A stretch of 32,000 nt of DNA from Hyperthermus butylicus DSM 5456 (GCF_000015145.1 NC_008818.1:600001-632000); one strand, 5' to 3'; shown: positions 19,930 to 29,742, counted from the first letter of the stretch. Made by a program: numbers and translations. The notes: a model not told the origin generated them from the sequence alone.

Positions 19930-20181
19930 TTTCCTAGAACATCCAACCAGTAGGCCACAGCTAAAACAACAGCCAAGAAACAGAGAATGCGGTACACACA
20001 GCGGCCAGACAAGCCGCACAGAAAACGAGACCATGAATGCGCGTCAGCAAAAACCGGCAACATAGCGATAACATTCTAGCAGCCGGAGATACTCTCCAAG
20101 GCATCCTGCTAGGGCTGCCAGTTCTGCGATGCATGATGTGCATACAAGGGCTCCTGGGACCGGAGGCGGAGCTTGCTGGGA

Positions 20182-21036
20182 CTAGCTTATTTTGAGCATT
20201 CTGGCCAAGTTTTCGGCTTGCCTATAGCCTTTCTCCCTTGCTTCTTTGAGCAGTACTGGGTTATATATGCCTAGTTCTCGTAGTACGTGTTTTGCATATC
20301 CTCGTGGGTAGATTGTTGCCACGTTGTCGTCTCGCGTGTTGCAGCTCCCTCTTCCATCCAGAATCGCTGCTGCTAGGTAGTCTGCGGCTGCGAGTAAGCC
20401 GGTTAGAATCGAGGTCGCCGCCGATAATGCTGGCTGTTTCTTCTCTAAAAATGTAAGTCTCCTTCTCACTCTTGCCTCTGCCTCCAGCGGGTTTGGAGGC
20501 GGTGCTGTGTCTGCGAGTTCTCGGAGAGTAGCTGCCACGGTTGCTGCAAGACTGCCTGCACTGTCTAGCTCTTCAGCTAGGGCTTTGAGGCTGCTACCGT
20601 CCAAGCCATCTATTTTTCCTTGTTTCGCTGCTGCCCGGCATGCTGCTAGGCTCCTCATACCGTGGTGATGTCTTAGTACTGCTGCAGCAGCAACAGCTGA
20701 TAGTAATTCTACTTTAGACCTGCTAGGCTCTACTAGCTGTAGTATAACGTCTAGGGTCTCCATTGCAACCCAGCTCCCAGCCAGCTCGTGGCATGTGAAG
20801 CGAGGGTAGCACCTAGCCACGGTCTCCTGGTACCTTTCAGCCGCCTTACCAGCATCGTGTAGTAGTGCTGCCACGGCAGATGCCAGCATGAGTGTGTCTT
20901 GGTCCAAGCCAAGCCTTAGGGCTGTGACCCGGAGCTCGCGGTGAAAGAGGCCTAGCATGAGTCCTAGAGTGTTTATGCTGTGGTCGCGGAGCCTTACACC
21001 AATCCAGGCATATAAGGCCATGATTTGCACCTTCAT
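20182..21036 (-). CDS. cas3'': CRISPR-associated HD nuclease Cas3''
   Basis: RDHSINTLGLMLGLFHREL...LASAVAALLHDAGKAAERYQE...VLRHHHG HD-domain pattern; directly downstream of the Cas3' helicase. Confidence 0.85.
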   Translation of the reverse strand: MKVQIMALYAWIGVRLRDHSINTLGLMLGLFHRELRVTALRLGLDQDTLMLASAVAALLHDAGKAAERYQETVARCYPRFTCHELAGSWVAMETLDVILQLVEPSRSKVELLSAVAAAAVLRHHHGMRSLAACRAAAKQGKIDGLDGSSLKALAEELDSAGSLAATVAATLRELADTAPPPNPLEAEARVRRRLTFLEKKQPALSAATSILTGLLAAADYLAAAILDGRGSCNTRDDNVATIYPRGYAKHVLRELGIYNPVLLKEAREKGYRQAENLARMLKIS

Positions 21037-21043
21037 GTGTTGG

Positions 21044-22796
21044 TTAGAGTGTTTTGAGGCCTATGCCCGGTGTGTACGCGTCTTCTCGCAGTGCTAGAGC
21101 TATAGTGTGGAGCCTTGCACCGGTGTCCTTGGAAAGGTTCTCTAGGAGCTTGTAATACGTTCTTAGGTAGCTACTGCAGTTGGCTAGCATTGCTTCTACA
21201 TCTCTAGCTGGGGCTTGGGCTTCAACTACTTCGGGTTCTTCGCCGGCGTATCCAATACCTATAACGTTGCAGATGCCGTTGCTGCAGTTTAATAGACTCT
21301 TCCACCTCCCCCTGGCGCGTAGCCAGTCTAGTGGTGCTTCAAGAAAGTCGTAGCCCTCGTTAAGTGGGGCTGCGAGGTGTACCAGGGCGGTGCCCCGGAC
21401 TAGGCTGCAGAACTGCTCGATGAGCATGCGTGCTGGCCTGGGGTCACCGAGGGCTGAAGCCACCACGTTGGCTAGGAGCCTCCTGTAGGCTAGTAGCTTT
21501 GCTCTTGGCTGCTCTACTTCCAGGCCTACAGCTTCATGGGCTTCTACGAGGTGGCGGAAGCTCTTCCTCCCACCATTATCGTCTAGTAGCCTCCACTCTA
21601 TCCCGACTCGCCGTGCTTCCACGAGCTGCTTTACAGTCTTCACCGTCTCCACTGCTATGCTGCCGTAGGGGTGTAGTGTGTTGGGAACGTATATGGCTAC
21701 TATGGGTGGGTCACTGCGGCATTTCTCCGCTGTTCTCTGGCTCCTACAGAGCCTTCCCGCGCGCTGGGCTAGGCTGCTGGGTGCCGCAGCCTCTGTAACC
21801 AGGACCTCAGCGTCAACGTCTACACCGGCTTCTACGACCTGCGTGGCAACGACGACTTTTGCTCTCTCTATCTTCTTGATAGCCTCCTCCCTGTCCCTCT
21901 GGGCTAACCGCCCGTGAACAAGTACCACGTTCTCCTCGCCAAGCATGGCGCGCAGCTCTCGGTAGGTCTTCAGGGCTGACCCCACGGTGTTGACAGCGTA
22001 TAGCACCTTGCGCCCAGCTTCAGCATGATCTACCGCTAAGCGTATAGCCTCGCTTGAGGTCTTGAGGATGACTGTTTTCCAGTCAAACATGTTCTCCTCC
22101 TCGAACGCGGTATCGGGAATGCATTTCCAGCCTTTGCCGCAGCGGTTGCAGCTCCTGCAGACTGCCAGCACAGTGGCACCAGTGGTGGCTGCAATACTCT
22201 CCGTCAGCTTGGTAGACATAGTGGCGGTCTCCACAACCACTGGTGTACGGGTATCCCTCAGTATGGGGAGTACCGTTGAGAGGTATAGGCGTGAGAACGG
22301 AGTCTCCCCCTCTAGCCAGGGCTCAGCGTAAAGGTGAGCTTCGTCGAAGACTACTAGGGAGGTTAATATCGAAGCCCGTGGAAGCTCATAGTGGCCTTCA
22401 AGCCTCCTCATCTCGTAGCCGGTGAGTACCAGTGATAGCTCTGCCACGGGGAGTCTTGCAAGGTTTAACGCAAAGCTGTCAAGAGTCGAGACCACAGCTC
22501 TACGGAGCATAAATGGGCTATAGCCCTCAGGGTCAAGGCTTAGACCCGGCAAGATAGCCAGCATCTCGGCCAAGGATGCCGCGGAGGTATTCGTACTGCT
22601 GCCTCACAAGGGCTCTCAGAGGGAGGACGTGCACCGCCCTAGCTGCTATCCCCGCCTTCTCCGCCTCCTCCAGGAGCAATGGAAGAGACTTACTCTTACC
22701 GTACCCGGTGGGCGCTACCAGAACCGCATTGCTGCCCCTCCGCACCTCACCAGCAAGCTCGCTGATGCCCCTCCGCAGGGGTAGCACAGCCCGCAT
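21044..22796 (-). CDS. cas3': CRISPR-associated helicase Cas3', split into two frames (22796..22533 and 22573..21044)
   Basis: Upstream fragment has Walker A (NAVLVAPTGYGKSKSLPLLLEEA...LPLRALVRQQYEYLRGILGRDAGYLAGSKP*). Downstream fragment has TTLDSF-like (AVVSTLDSFALNLARLP), the Walker B/DEAH motif (SLVVFDEAHLYAEPW), VVETATMST, VLVHGRLAQRDREEAI, VVATQVVEAGVDVDAEVLVTEAAAPSSLAQRAGRLCR. Confidence 0.88.
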
Positions 22797-22807
22797 AGCC
22801 TCCCAGC

Positions 22808-23935
22808 CTAGCCTCCCACAACTATTTCCCGGGTGCCACTGGCCTGCGCTAGGCTAGCCGCGATACCCGACAGCAAACTCTTCGACCGGCTGCACTCACG
22901 GCTCTCTGCTGCACCACGTAGCAGGCGTGCACAGTCGTAGACGTAGATGTTGTTGGCGGTTACAGTGTAGAGGTAGAGCTTCTGTACACACTGGCCTAGT
23001 GCTACATAGCCCGGATCCCGGTCTCCCCCACCGCAAACACCGCCTCTCAGGGTTCGTAGGAGCGCATGTGCCAGCTCTACTAGTGGGCGGCTGCCAAGCA
23101 TGCATAGGGGCTCGGAGAAGCCTAAGGGGAACATCGTGTTCAGCATCGCCCTATTCCCAGCCTCTGTAACGGATGCAGCGTATAGCAGGTCCAGCTCTGA
23201 GGCTCCACATGCAGCACCTGGCTCGAAGTCTAGGAGCTCCGCTATCACTGCCGAGCCGTAGAGTATGAGGAGGGTGTCAATGCTCGCTGGCAGCTTCTCT
23301 ACGCCCCTAGAGCCGAGAAGCGCGCCTATAGGGTTTAGCCGGCCATCCTCCCAGCGGAGGACTAGGGTTAGGTAGAGGCTGCCAATGGGGTCCAAATCCT
23401 GGACACCTACCTCCGGTGGTGGGACCAGGTAGAAGCCTGTATCACCTATACGGCCCACCTTTGATAGGAGCCCGCCTATCAGCGCTAGGATGTAGCCATG
23501 GATGCTTATCTTTGAGCCTCCAGCTGCCTTCTGCTGGCCGCCAAGCATGCGGCGGGGATACTCAAACATGTTCAGCTTCATCATCATTGCTGCTGTCAGG
23601 GTCTGATTGTAGTCGGCTGAGAGTCTCCCATCCCTCAGCATCGCTACCAGCTGCTCTGCCGCATCAATCCACCGGGTCACCTTGGCTCCCAGAAGGTTCT
23701 TGAGGGGCCTCCAGTCGTTGCCAAAGAACCTTGGCGGGTAGACTAGCTTCTCGTCCAGAAGCTGCCTAGCAACATCCCATGCTGAGAGAACCAGGTGCCT
23801 ATAGTCCTCGTAGCTTCTAAACTCGACACCCTCCCAGCTAATCCTCACAATCTTACCCGGGTCAAGGCTTAGCGCTAGTAGCTGGAATCCCCTGCCGAGC
23901 CAACCCGGAGGAAACAGCTCAACAATGAATGGCAT
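22808..23935 (-). CDS. cas8a: Type I-A large subunit, Cas8a-like
   Basis: 375 aa, between cas5 and cas3' in a type I-A-like operon; assigned largely by position and size. Confidence 0.6.
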   Translation of the reverse strand: MPFIVELFPPGWLGRGFQLLALSLDPGKIVRISWEGVEFRSYEDYRHLVLSAWDVARQLLDEKLVYPPRFFGNDWRPLKNLLGAKVTRWIDAAEQLVAMLRDGRLSADYNQTLTAAMMMKLNMFEYPRRMLGGQQKAAGGSKISIHGYILALIGGLLSKVGRIGDTGFYLVPPPEVGVQDLDPIGSLYLTLVLRWEDGRLNPIGALLGSRGVEKLPASIDTLLILYGSAVIAELLDFEPGAACGASELDLLYAASVTEAGNRAMLNTMFPLGFSEPLCMLGSRPLVELAHALLRTLRGGVCGGGDRDPGYVALGQCVQKLYLYTVTANNIYVYDCARLLRGAAESRECSRSKSLLSGIAASLAQASGTREIVVGG

Positions 23936-23948
23936 GTACCCACCCCTG

Positions 23949-24782
23949 CTACCTCCCTGCTACGCATAACGGCTTGGATGGGTGGCAGTAGACGCGGCTT
24001 CTTGGACTAAACCCTGGGAGCTCCGTGGAGGGCGGGGGAAGGAGTATCGAAGATGTTGAGGAGGCTGCTGCCGGTATGTGGTAGAGAATGTAGTCTGGGA
24101 TTGCCTCGCCGCCACAGAGTAGCTTGGGGTCAAGCCTCCACATGTAGATGTCTCTGATGAGTTCCACCTTCGAGAAGGGCTCTACAAGGCCTCCCTCCTG
24201 GTAGAGTATTGTCTCGAAGACGCCGCCCGTGAGTGTCACGGGTTCCACAGCCTCTGCATGGATGACCGATACTAGCCCCTCCTTGGAGCCAAGCCTCCAT
24301 CCGGCCCAGGCGAGAGCCGAGATGATCGACTCTACAGTCTCGCCGAGCTTGCGGGATAACCCTTCAACGTCAACGACCAGTGCCAGGTAGAGGCGTGCAG
24401 CGGGACCATATGCCGCCCCCACCGCCTGGGCTGCGAATGCCAGCTTCTCCCAGCCAGTCTTCCTCCTACGTTGGTATGGTAATGTAGCCACGTGCGATAA
24501 ATCACTATGAACTACCAGGCCGCTCCTACTATCAGAATTCAAGCCTGCTGAGGCTGCGAGCGTGTGCTCTGCTAGTAGCGCTGCGGGGCTACAGGGGCGC
24601 TTCGCTGGAAACCCCCTGTACTCTGCTAGGCCGAGGAGCCTTGCGAGGGGTTCAGCGTAGAAGCCAACAATTGTTGTTGGTGGTGGTATGGGTAGGGCGG
24701 GCTGGGCAGCTGAAGCCCCAGCGTAGCGTACGCTAAACCCCCATGCAAGCTCTACCTTAGATACCAGCATTAGGGGCTTCAA
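23949..24782 (-). CDS. cas5: CRISPR-associated protein Cas5 (type I-A)
   Basis: N-terminus MKPLMLVSKVELAWGFSVRYAGASAAQPALPIPPPTTIVGFYAEPLARLLG is Cas5-like. Overlaps cas7 by 4 nt. Confidence 0.8.
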   Translation of the reverse strand: MKPLMLVSKVELAWGFSVRYAGASAAQPALPIPPPTTIVGFYAEPLARLLGLAEYRGFPAKRPCSPAALLAEHTLAASAGLNSDSRSGLVVHSDLSHVATLPYQRRRKTGWEKLAFAAQAVGAAYGPAARLYLALVVDVEGLSRKLGETVESIISALAWAGWRLGSKEGLVSVIHAEAVEPVTLTGGVFETILYQEGGLVEPFSKVELIRDIYMWRLDPKLLCGGEAIPDYILYHIPAAASSTSSILLPPPSTELPGFSPRSRVYCHPSKPLCVAGR

Positions 24783-25816
24783 GACTTGCCCCTCAGCAGC
24801 TCCAACGTCTCCTCCTTAGCGCGTCTAATAGCCTCGAGATAGCTGCCAACCTTCTCAACGCTTACATTATTGCAGCCCTCGGGCTCCATCAGACCTTCGC
24901 CATTATAGTAAACTATGCTGGCCTTGAAGCCCTTCACAACAGAGGTCATAGCGCATGCCCGCTCTACTGTCTCCCTAGCGTAGTTCTTATCGTGGCCCGG
25001 TGACACGTTGAAGGGTAGTGGCTGCGATACCGAGGCTACGAGGCTTAGTATCTTCCAGTGGGGCTGGAACCTGGAGGTCTTTGCGCCCCATGCCATTCCG
25101 CCGAGCAGTGCTGCTAGAGCGTCGAAGGCTGCCTCTACACGCTTAAGCCTATCCTCAAGAGATAGTATGTACTCGTTCCTGCTACTGGCGCCCTCATTCT
25201 CCATGCTCCTAGCTCCCACGCCCGAGGCGTCGAGAGCGAAGCTGAACACGTAGACGGCACTGCCAATCTCAACGTAGTATATTGCCTGCTCCTCCTGCTT
25301 TGCACCGGGCGAGTACCTTACATGGAACTGGGCTTCTGTAGCTGCTGCACCAGCCTCGAGGGCGTCCAGCGCTGGAACCATGTAGCCTACGCGGAATCTT
25401 GAAGTCCTTTTTACCGTCTTGTCCGTGTACAGGAACCCACCAACATCCTCTACAACACAGTTCTTGACTACGTACTCTTCAGCATCGGTTCCTGTCTTAA
25501 ACTTGTTCTTAGCACCATCGATTCCGTCATACTTCTTAAAGACATCATCATTAGCGTGCTTTAGGAATACGCCTTGACTGCAAGCACTGCAGACCGGTAG
25601 CCCCCTCTGGATAGCTATATCGGCTAGGAGCTTCTGGTAGTGATGTGCTAGGCTCTCACCACTGATAACCGGCACGTAGCGCAGCACGAACCCATTGTCT
25701 GTACGGAGCACCACAGGAGCACGACGATGTCTGACAACGTTGCCTACGCTCTCAGCCATGTTGAGTGCTTCGAGGTTTACGAGTATGCGGGCCGAGAGGG
25801 AGAAGAACACGGGCAT
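24779..25816 (-). CDS. cas7: CRISPR-associated protein Cas7 (Csa2/DevR family)
   Basis: FFSLSARILVNLEALNMAESVGNVVRHRRAPVV...VPVISGESLAHHYQKLLA typical of Cas7/Csa2; operon context. Confidence 0.88.
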   Translation of the reverse strand: MPVFFSLSARILVNLEALNMAESVGNVVRHRRAPVVLRTDNGFVLRYVPVISGESLAHHYQKLLADIAIQRGLPVCSACSQGVFLKHANDDVFKKYDGIDGAKNKFKTGTDAEEYVVKNCVVEDVGGFLYTDKTVKRTSRFRVGYMVPALDALEAGAAATEAQFHVRYSPGAKQEEQAIYYVEIGSAVYVFSFALDASGVGARSMENEGASSRNEYILSLEDRLKRVEAAFDALAALLGGMAWGAKTSRFQPHWKILSLVASVSQPLPFNVSPGHDKNYARETVERACAMTSVVKGFKASIVYYNGEGLMEPEGCNNVSVEKVGSYLEAIRRAKEETLELLRGKS

Positions 25817-25838
25817 CTGGCCCTCACCCCCCGTGAGC

Positions 25839-26174
25839 CTATCTTCCGAGCGCGAGTATGGCAGCTGTACGGGCTAGACGGAGCCCTTCCTCAGCCCTAT
25901 GGCTGTCGAGGAGCAGTTCTGTGATCTTCTCAACTTCATACCTGGCCTTCTCAACCAGCTCCTCCGCGTTGTTTGGGCATTTCTTATCTGGGCTCTCGCT
26001 TAGGCAGCTACTCCTAAACACGCGGAGAGCATCATATAGTGCAGCTAGGGCCTGGTCTGGACTCAGCGCGTTAGCTATACGGTCCAACACGCCGAACTGT
26101 CTGGTCCTCGCGAAGAAGGAGAGGAGTTCGGGGAGCCGGTAGAGGCGGTGCTGTTCATGCAAGTGTCCTGCCAC
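25839..26174 (-). CDS. csa5: Type I-A small subunit, Csa5-like
   Basis: 111 aa helical protein as the first gene of the interference operon, immediately before cas7. Confidence 0.55.
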   Translation of the reverse strand: MAGHLHEQHRLYRLPELLSFFARTRQFGVLDRIANALSPDQALAALYDALRVFRSSCLSESPDKKCPNNAEELVEKARYEVEKITELLLDSHRAEEGLRLARTAAILALGR

Positions 26175-26202
26175 CAGCCTACTGCTTATGCTTTTTGCAC
26201 AA

Positions 26203-26238
26203 ACTTAAACGCTACTCCTATGACGTTCACGTTTAAGT
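26203..26238. promoter_or_regulatory. Inverted repeat upstream of the csa5-cas7 operon promoter (candidate operator)
   Basis: ACTTAAACG (26203-26211) ... CGTTTAAGT (26230-26238): perfect 9-bp arms, 18-nt spacer, just upstream of an AGCATAAG-like TATA region for the minus-strand operon. Confidence 0.4.
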
Positions 26239-26514
26239 AGAAAGTTTGCGGTATGAGAAGATGTGATAATACTTAGGACTACGTCAATTATGTACCATAA
26301 TATAGAAACATGTCAGCATAGCTGGAAAGAGGCTCCAGGCCTTTTTTGGATAGCTGAACGCGGCATTATGCACAATACTACTGTGCTATGTATATGTGGA
26401 GGCAGTGACTTAGGAATCATACCATAGGAACCTAGCTGATAAGTATGGAATTAGTTGAAGGTGGATGTGGTTCCAAGTTTGCGACCTATTCTAGCATCTG
26501 TTATGGATTCGAAT

Positions 26515-26541
26515 AACCTGTTCATCTGCTGTGAACAGGTT
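26515..26541. promoter_or_regulatory. Perfect 10-bp inverted repeat upstream of the csa3-like gene (candidate operator)
   Basis: AACCTGTTCA (26515-26524) - TCTGCTG - TGAACAGGTT (26532-26541), followed by a TATA-like AGCTTATATAG about 14 nt downstream. Confidence 0.5.
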
Positions 26542-26583
26542 TCATACCCAGGAAAGCTTATATAGAGTTGATAGGGGAGGTAG

Positions 26584-27276
26584 TTGGTGGGCTCAATATT
26601 GGTGGATTTTTCCGAGCTACATATGAAGGTAGTGGTCTCGACCCTAGGGTTTGATGAGAAGTTTGCATTGCGCGCCCTTATAGCTCATAGGCCTCGGAGA
26701 TTCTACGCGGTAGCACTCTATACTAACGAGGATGCGTGGCGCCGTATACTGAAGGCGTTTTCGCAGCTGAAACTTGTTGCCAGCCAGCTGGGTGTAGAGG
26801 CTGAGCTTGTACGCATAGACTACCGTGGTGAGGGTCTCTCTGTTCTAGCTGGTAAGATCAAAATGCTGCTTGAGGGTTATGCTGAGAATGCTGACAGATT
26901 AGTGTTGGTTCTTACTGGTGGTCCCCGAATACTGGTTTCAGCAGCCCTAGTGGCTGCAATAGCACTACCTAGACGTCTCGCCGAGAGGATTGCCGTGAGG
27001 CTTGAAGGGGAAGGCTTTGAAGCAGTCATTGTTGAGCCCCTACTGAATATCGTGCCGGTACCTCTTGATGACACGGCACGGAGAATTGTGCGTCTACTAC
27101 TTCAAGCGCTACTTGAAGGTCGAGGGGTCGGGCCTACGGAGGTTTCGCAGGAGCTGGGCATACCAAAGTCTACTGCGTACAAGAAGCTCCAGGAGCTGGT
27201 GGCTATGGGGCTTGCAAGCTATGATCCGCGGAGCCGCAGCTACCGGGCCACTGAGAGAGCCTACATTAACGCCTAG
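26584..27276 (+). CDS. csa3: Csa3-like CARF-domain + winged HTH transcriptional regulator (start may be ATG 26623)
   Basis: MKVVVSTLGFDEKFALRALIAHRPRRFYAVALYT...VLVLTGGPRILVSAALVAAIAL... CARF-like, plus C-terminal LEGRGVGPTEVSQELGIPKSTAYKKLQELVAMGLASYDPRSRSY wHTH; divergent from the interference operon. Confidence 0.83.
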   Translation: MVGSILVDFSELHMKVVVSTLGFDEKFALRALIAHRPRRFYAVALYTNEDAWRRILKAFSQLKLVASQLGVEAELVRIDYRGEGLSVLAGKIKMLLEGYAENADRLVLVLTGGPRILVSAALVAAIALPRRLAERIAVRLEGEGFEAVIVEPLLNIVPVPLDDTARRIVRLLLQALLEGRGVGPTEVSQELGIPKSTAYKKLQELVAMGLASYDPRSRSYRATERAYINA

Positions 27277-27301
27277 ACGTTACGGGAAGGGGTGACGTGA
27301 A

Positions 27302-27920
27302 GTGACGGGGAAAGGGAAGAGACGCTATTTGCTCAATACTAATGTGCCGCTATCGGCGTACTATGGTAGTCCACACGTGAAGGCGTGGTTGAGAAGACAT
27401 GGTATTGAATCCTATTATTCAGACATATTAGAGCTGGAGCTGCGGGGTCATCCAGCAAACGTCGGTGCTTGACCTGCTGAGATGGTATGGTGTTGAACGG
27501 CTGAGCACGGATAAGGGTAGACTCTATAGAGCTGCTGTTAGGTTGCTCACGCAGCATGGTCTCTCGCTCAGACTTGTATTTGACGCTATGCATGTTTTAG
27601 CAGTTAAGGAGTATGGGTTAGTTGTTGCAAGTCATGATGAAGATATGGGACGACTAGCAGGTATAGTGGGGTTGTGTATAGCAGGCCCTTGGGCAGACCC
27701 TATGGCCCACAGGATAGTGTACCCAGATCCTGCTGTGGAACGCGCAGTAAGAGAGGTGAGAGCGATAAGGAATAAGCTTGCAGAACTAGCGATACTTGCT
27801 GAGGAAGCCGGGAAGAAGGGAAAAAGGAGCGAGGCCTATAGGGTGATAGATGCTTTTCTAAACGAGGAAATAGGCTATGATGAAGCGTACTATAAGCTCA
27901 AAGCTTTAGCCAGGGCATAA
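27302..27920 (+). pseudogene. PIN-domain (VapC-like) gene broken by a frameshift near 27465
   Basis: Frame A from GTG 27302: VTGKGKRRYLLNTNVPLSAYYGSPHVKAWLRRHGIESYYSDILELELRGHPANVGA*. Frame B continues as VLDLLRWYGVERLSTDKGRLYRAAVRLLTQHGLSLRLVFDAMHVLAVKEYGLVVASHDEDMGRLAG... to 27920. Confidence 0.68.
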
Positions 27921-28000
27921 ACGCAAGCCTATTCACGCAACCCAAGTTTGCGGGAGCACGGTGGTAAAAACAGCCTCTGTGGAAAGGTGTAGCTTCGTTC

Positions 28001-28741
28001 TCAGCTGGTGTTACCTGTCCCCCACCCTCTATGAGTTTGTAAGACCCTCTTTCTCCTCCTGCCCTTGCTCTCGAGTTTCACGATTTCTATCCCGGGGCAT
28101 CCTGCATGTGTTCCTAACGTGCGGGCCTCCGTCAGCCCGTACTCGACACCAGGTATCTCGACAATGCGTAGAACCGGGACGTCCGGTGGAGGGCGGTTGG
28201 CCAGCTTCACTGTGCCTGGCAGCTTTAGCGCCTCCTCCCTCGGGAGCCAGTACACCCTGACCTCGATGCACCTCCGTAGTATCCTGTTTGCCTCCTCCAC
28301 AGCCTCCAGTATCGCGTTCTTCCAGTCCCCCACACCTATCTCGAAGTCATCACATGCAATATCAGGAGCTTTATGCCCTCCGGTAACTCTTGCCTCGTAC
28401 TGTTCACATACAGCACGGCTGCGAGCATATGGCTGGCCGTATGGAGCTTCATCATCCGATACCTGCGCTCCCAGTCCAGAACCACCGCACTGACAGCCCG
28501 CCTCTAGCAGCTCGGCAACGATGTGTGCTGCATCGCCAGCCTCCATAACCGCATCTGTAACCTTCACCTGTCGCCACGCCAGGTTAGAAGGTAACCCCTA
28601 GTCAGCGTCAAGCCCACCGCTTGGACATGGATGAAAAGCTGTCCCATCAAGGAACACATTGTTGTCGCCAATCCTTGTTGGGGTTGCTTCGAACTCCCTA
28701 GTGCAGATATCCTTCTGGTACAGAAGCTCGGACCCAGGCAC
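28001..28741 (-). pseudogene. Degraded AlaX-like alanyl-tRNA editing protein gene
   Basis: From GTG 28741: VPGSELLYQKDICTREFEATPTRIGDNNVFLDGTAFHPCPSGGLDAD* (TAG at 28598-28600), in-frame continuation GLPSNLAWRQVKVTDAVMEAGDAAHIVAELLEAG... and VPVLRIVEIPGVEYGLTEARTLGTHAGCPGIEIVKLESKGRRRKRV, matching the AlaX/AlaRS second-additional-domain pattern. The HxxxH motif is not evident. Confidence 0.62.
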
Positions 28742-28944
28742 TCCCGCCTCAGCAGCAGTATGTAGCCCCGGGTGTAGGTAGGCTGCATGGCCTGCATCAC
28801 TGCTACAGCTTCACCATTCCGGATTCCCAGCCGTCTAAAACGATGTGCCTGGTAGCCAGCTGCTAACTACCTCCAATACCTGCTGAGGGCTTAGAGGATG
28901 TATGGAAGTGTGGCGGGTATGCAGCTGGCAGCCAAGGGTCTTGT

Positions 28945-29547
28945 CTATGTGCGTGCGTAGGTGCACACGCCGCGATAGCTGCAGACGCGGCATCTCCGTG
29001 GGGACACGGTGTAGTGCTGGAGCGGCTCCCCCCGCTGCAGCATCTCGTGCAGCTCCCGGGCAGCGTCCTCAACCATTTTGCGGAGCATGGGGGTCACCTC
29101 TACCTCCACAATACGGTTCCTTTCCGCCTCGTAGATGAGCGCCATCCTTAACGGGTAGCCGAGGGTCTCCTCTGCCGCCATGCCGTAGGCTGCAGCCTGG
29201 ACGCGGATGTGCAAGCTCCGCCTCTTTCCCGGCAGGCTGAGCTTAGCCTCAACCACCACCAGCGTGTCATCCGACAGTACTGCGGCCAGGTCCACCCGGC
29301 CGGCTAGGCCCAGCCTACTGCTCGTAACGGGGTGCTCCCAGAGCAGCTCCCGGGCTTCGACACGCCACCGGGCAAACACCTCTTCGAGCCGTTCCAGGAG
29401 CCTCCACCGGGTCTCACCGCTCAGCCCGCCGGCCTCCATGCTGAAGGTGGGCCTCTCAGCCCACAACACCAGCTTGTGCCATGCCGCCACGGGGCACCAG
29501 TAATACTCCTTCACCAGCACTATAGGTATCAACCGCTGAGCCTCCAT
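28945..29547 (-). CDS. cas4: CRISPR-associated Cas4 exonuclease (ORF extends to 29631)
   Basis: PIVLVKEYYWCPVAAWHKLVLW, RVDLAAVLSDDTLVVVEAKLS (nuclease core), HIRVQAAAYGMAAEETLG, C-terminal CRRCRVCSYRGVC iron-sulfur cysteines. Confidence 0.88.
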   Translation of the reverse strand: MEAQRLIPIVLVKEYYWCPVAAWHKLVLWAERPTFSMEAGGLSGETRWRLLERLEEVFARWRVEARELLWEHPVTSSRLGLAGRVDLAAVLSDDTLVVVEAKLSLPGKRRSLHIRVQAAAYGMAAEETLGYPLRMALIYEAERNRIVEVEVTPMLRKMVEDAARELHEMLQRGEPLQHYTVSPRRCRVCSYRGVCTYART

Positions 29548-29742
29548 GAAGCTCGCACGCCCCCACGGAGCAGGTGTAGTACGGCAAGCTGCAAAAACAC
29601 GATCCAACACGCAAGCCTTTACCGCCTGCAAGCCTAAAGCAAAGTACTATAGCTATAACCAGCGCAATACGGCCGACGTACTGCCCGTGGATAATCACCT
29701 CGTCCAGCTCATCTACACTTGTATGTCGACGTGCCACTGTTG

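Noticed and set aside
21430-21917. Plus-strand ORFs antisense to cas3'
   Set aside because: Shadow frames of a strongly supported helicase gene.
26240-26510. AT-richer intergenic region considered as a CRISPR leader or remnant array
   Set aside because: No pair of 24-37 nt direct repeats with regular spacing was seen by eye.
27961-28493. Plus-strand ORFs 27961..28260 and 28065..28493
   Set aside because: Antisense to the AlaX-like relic, whose minus-strand translation carries conserved family motifs.
28564-28800. 78 aa minus-strand ORF MMQAMQPTYTRGYILLLRRECLG...
   Set aside because: Overlaps the AlaX-like N-terminal frame, which has a much better protein-like translation with family motifs.
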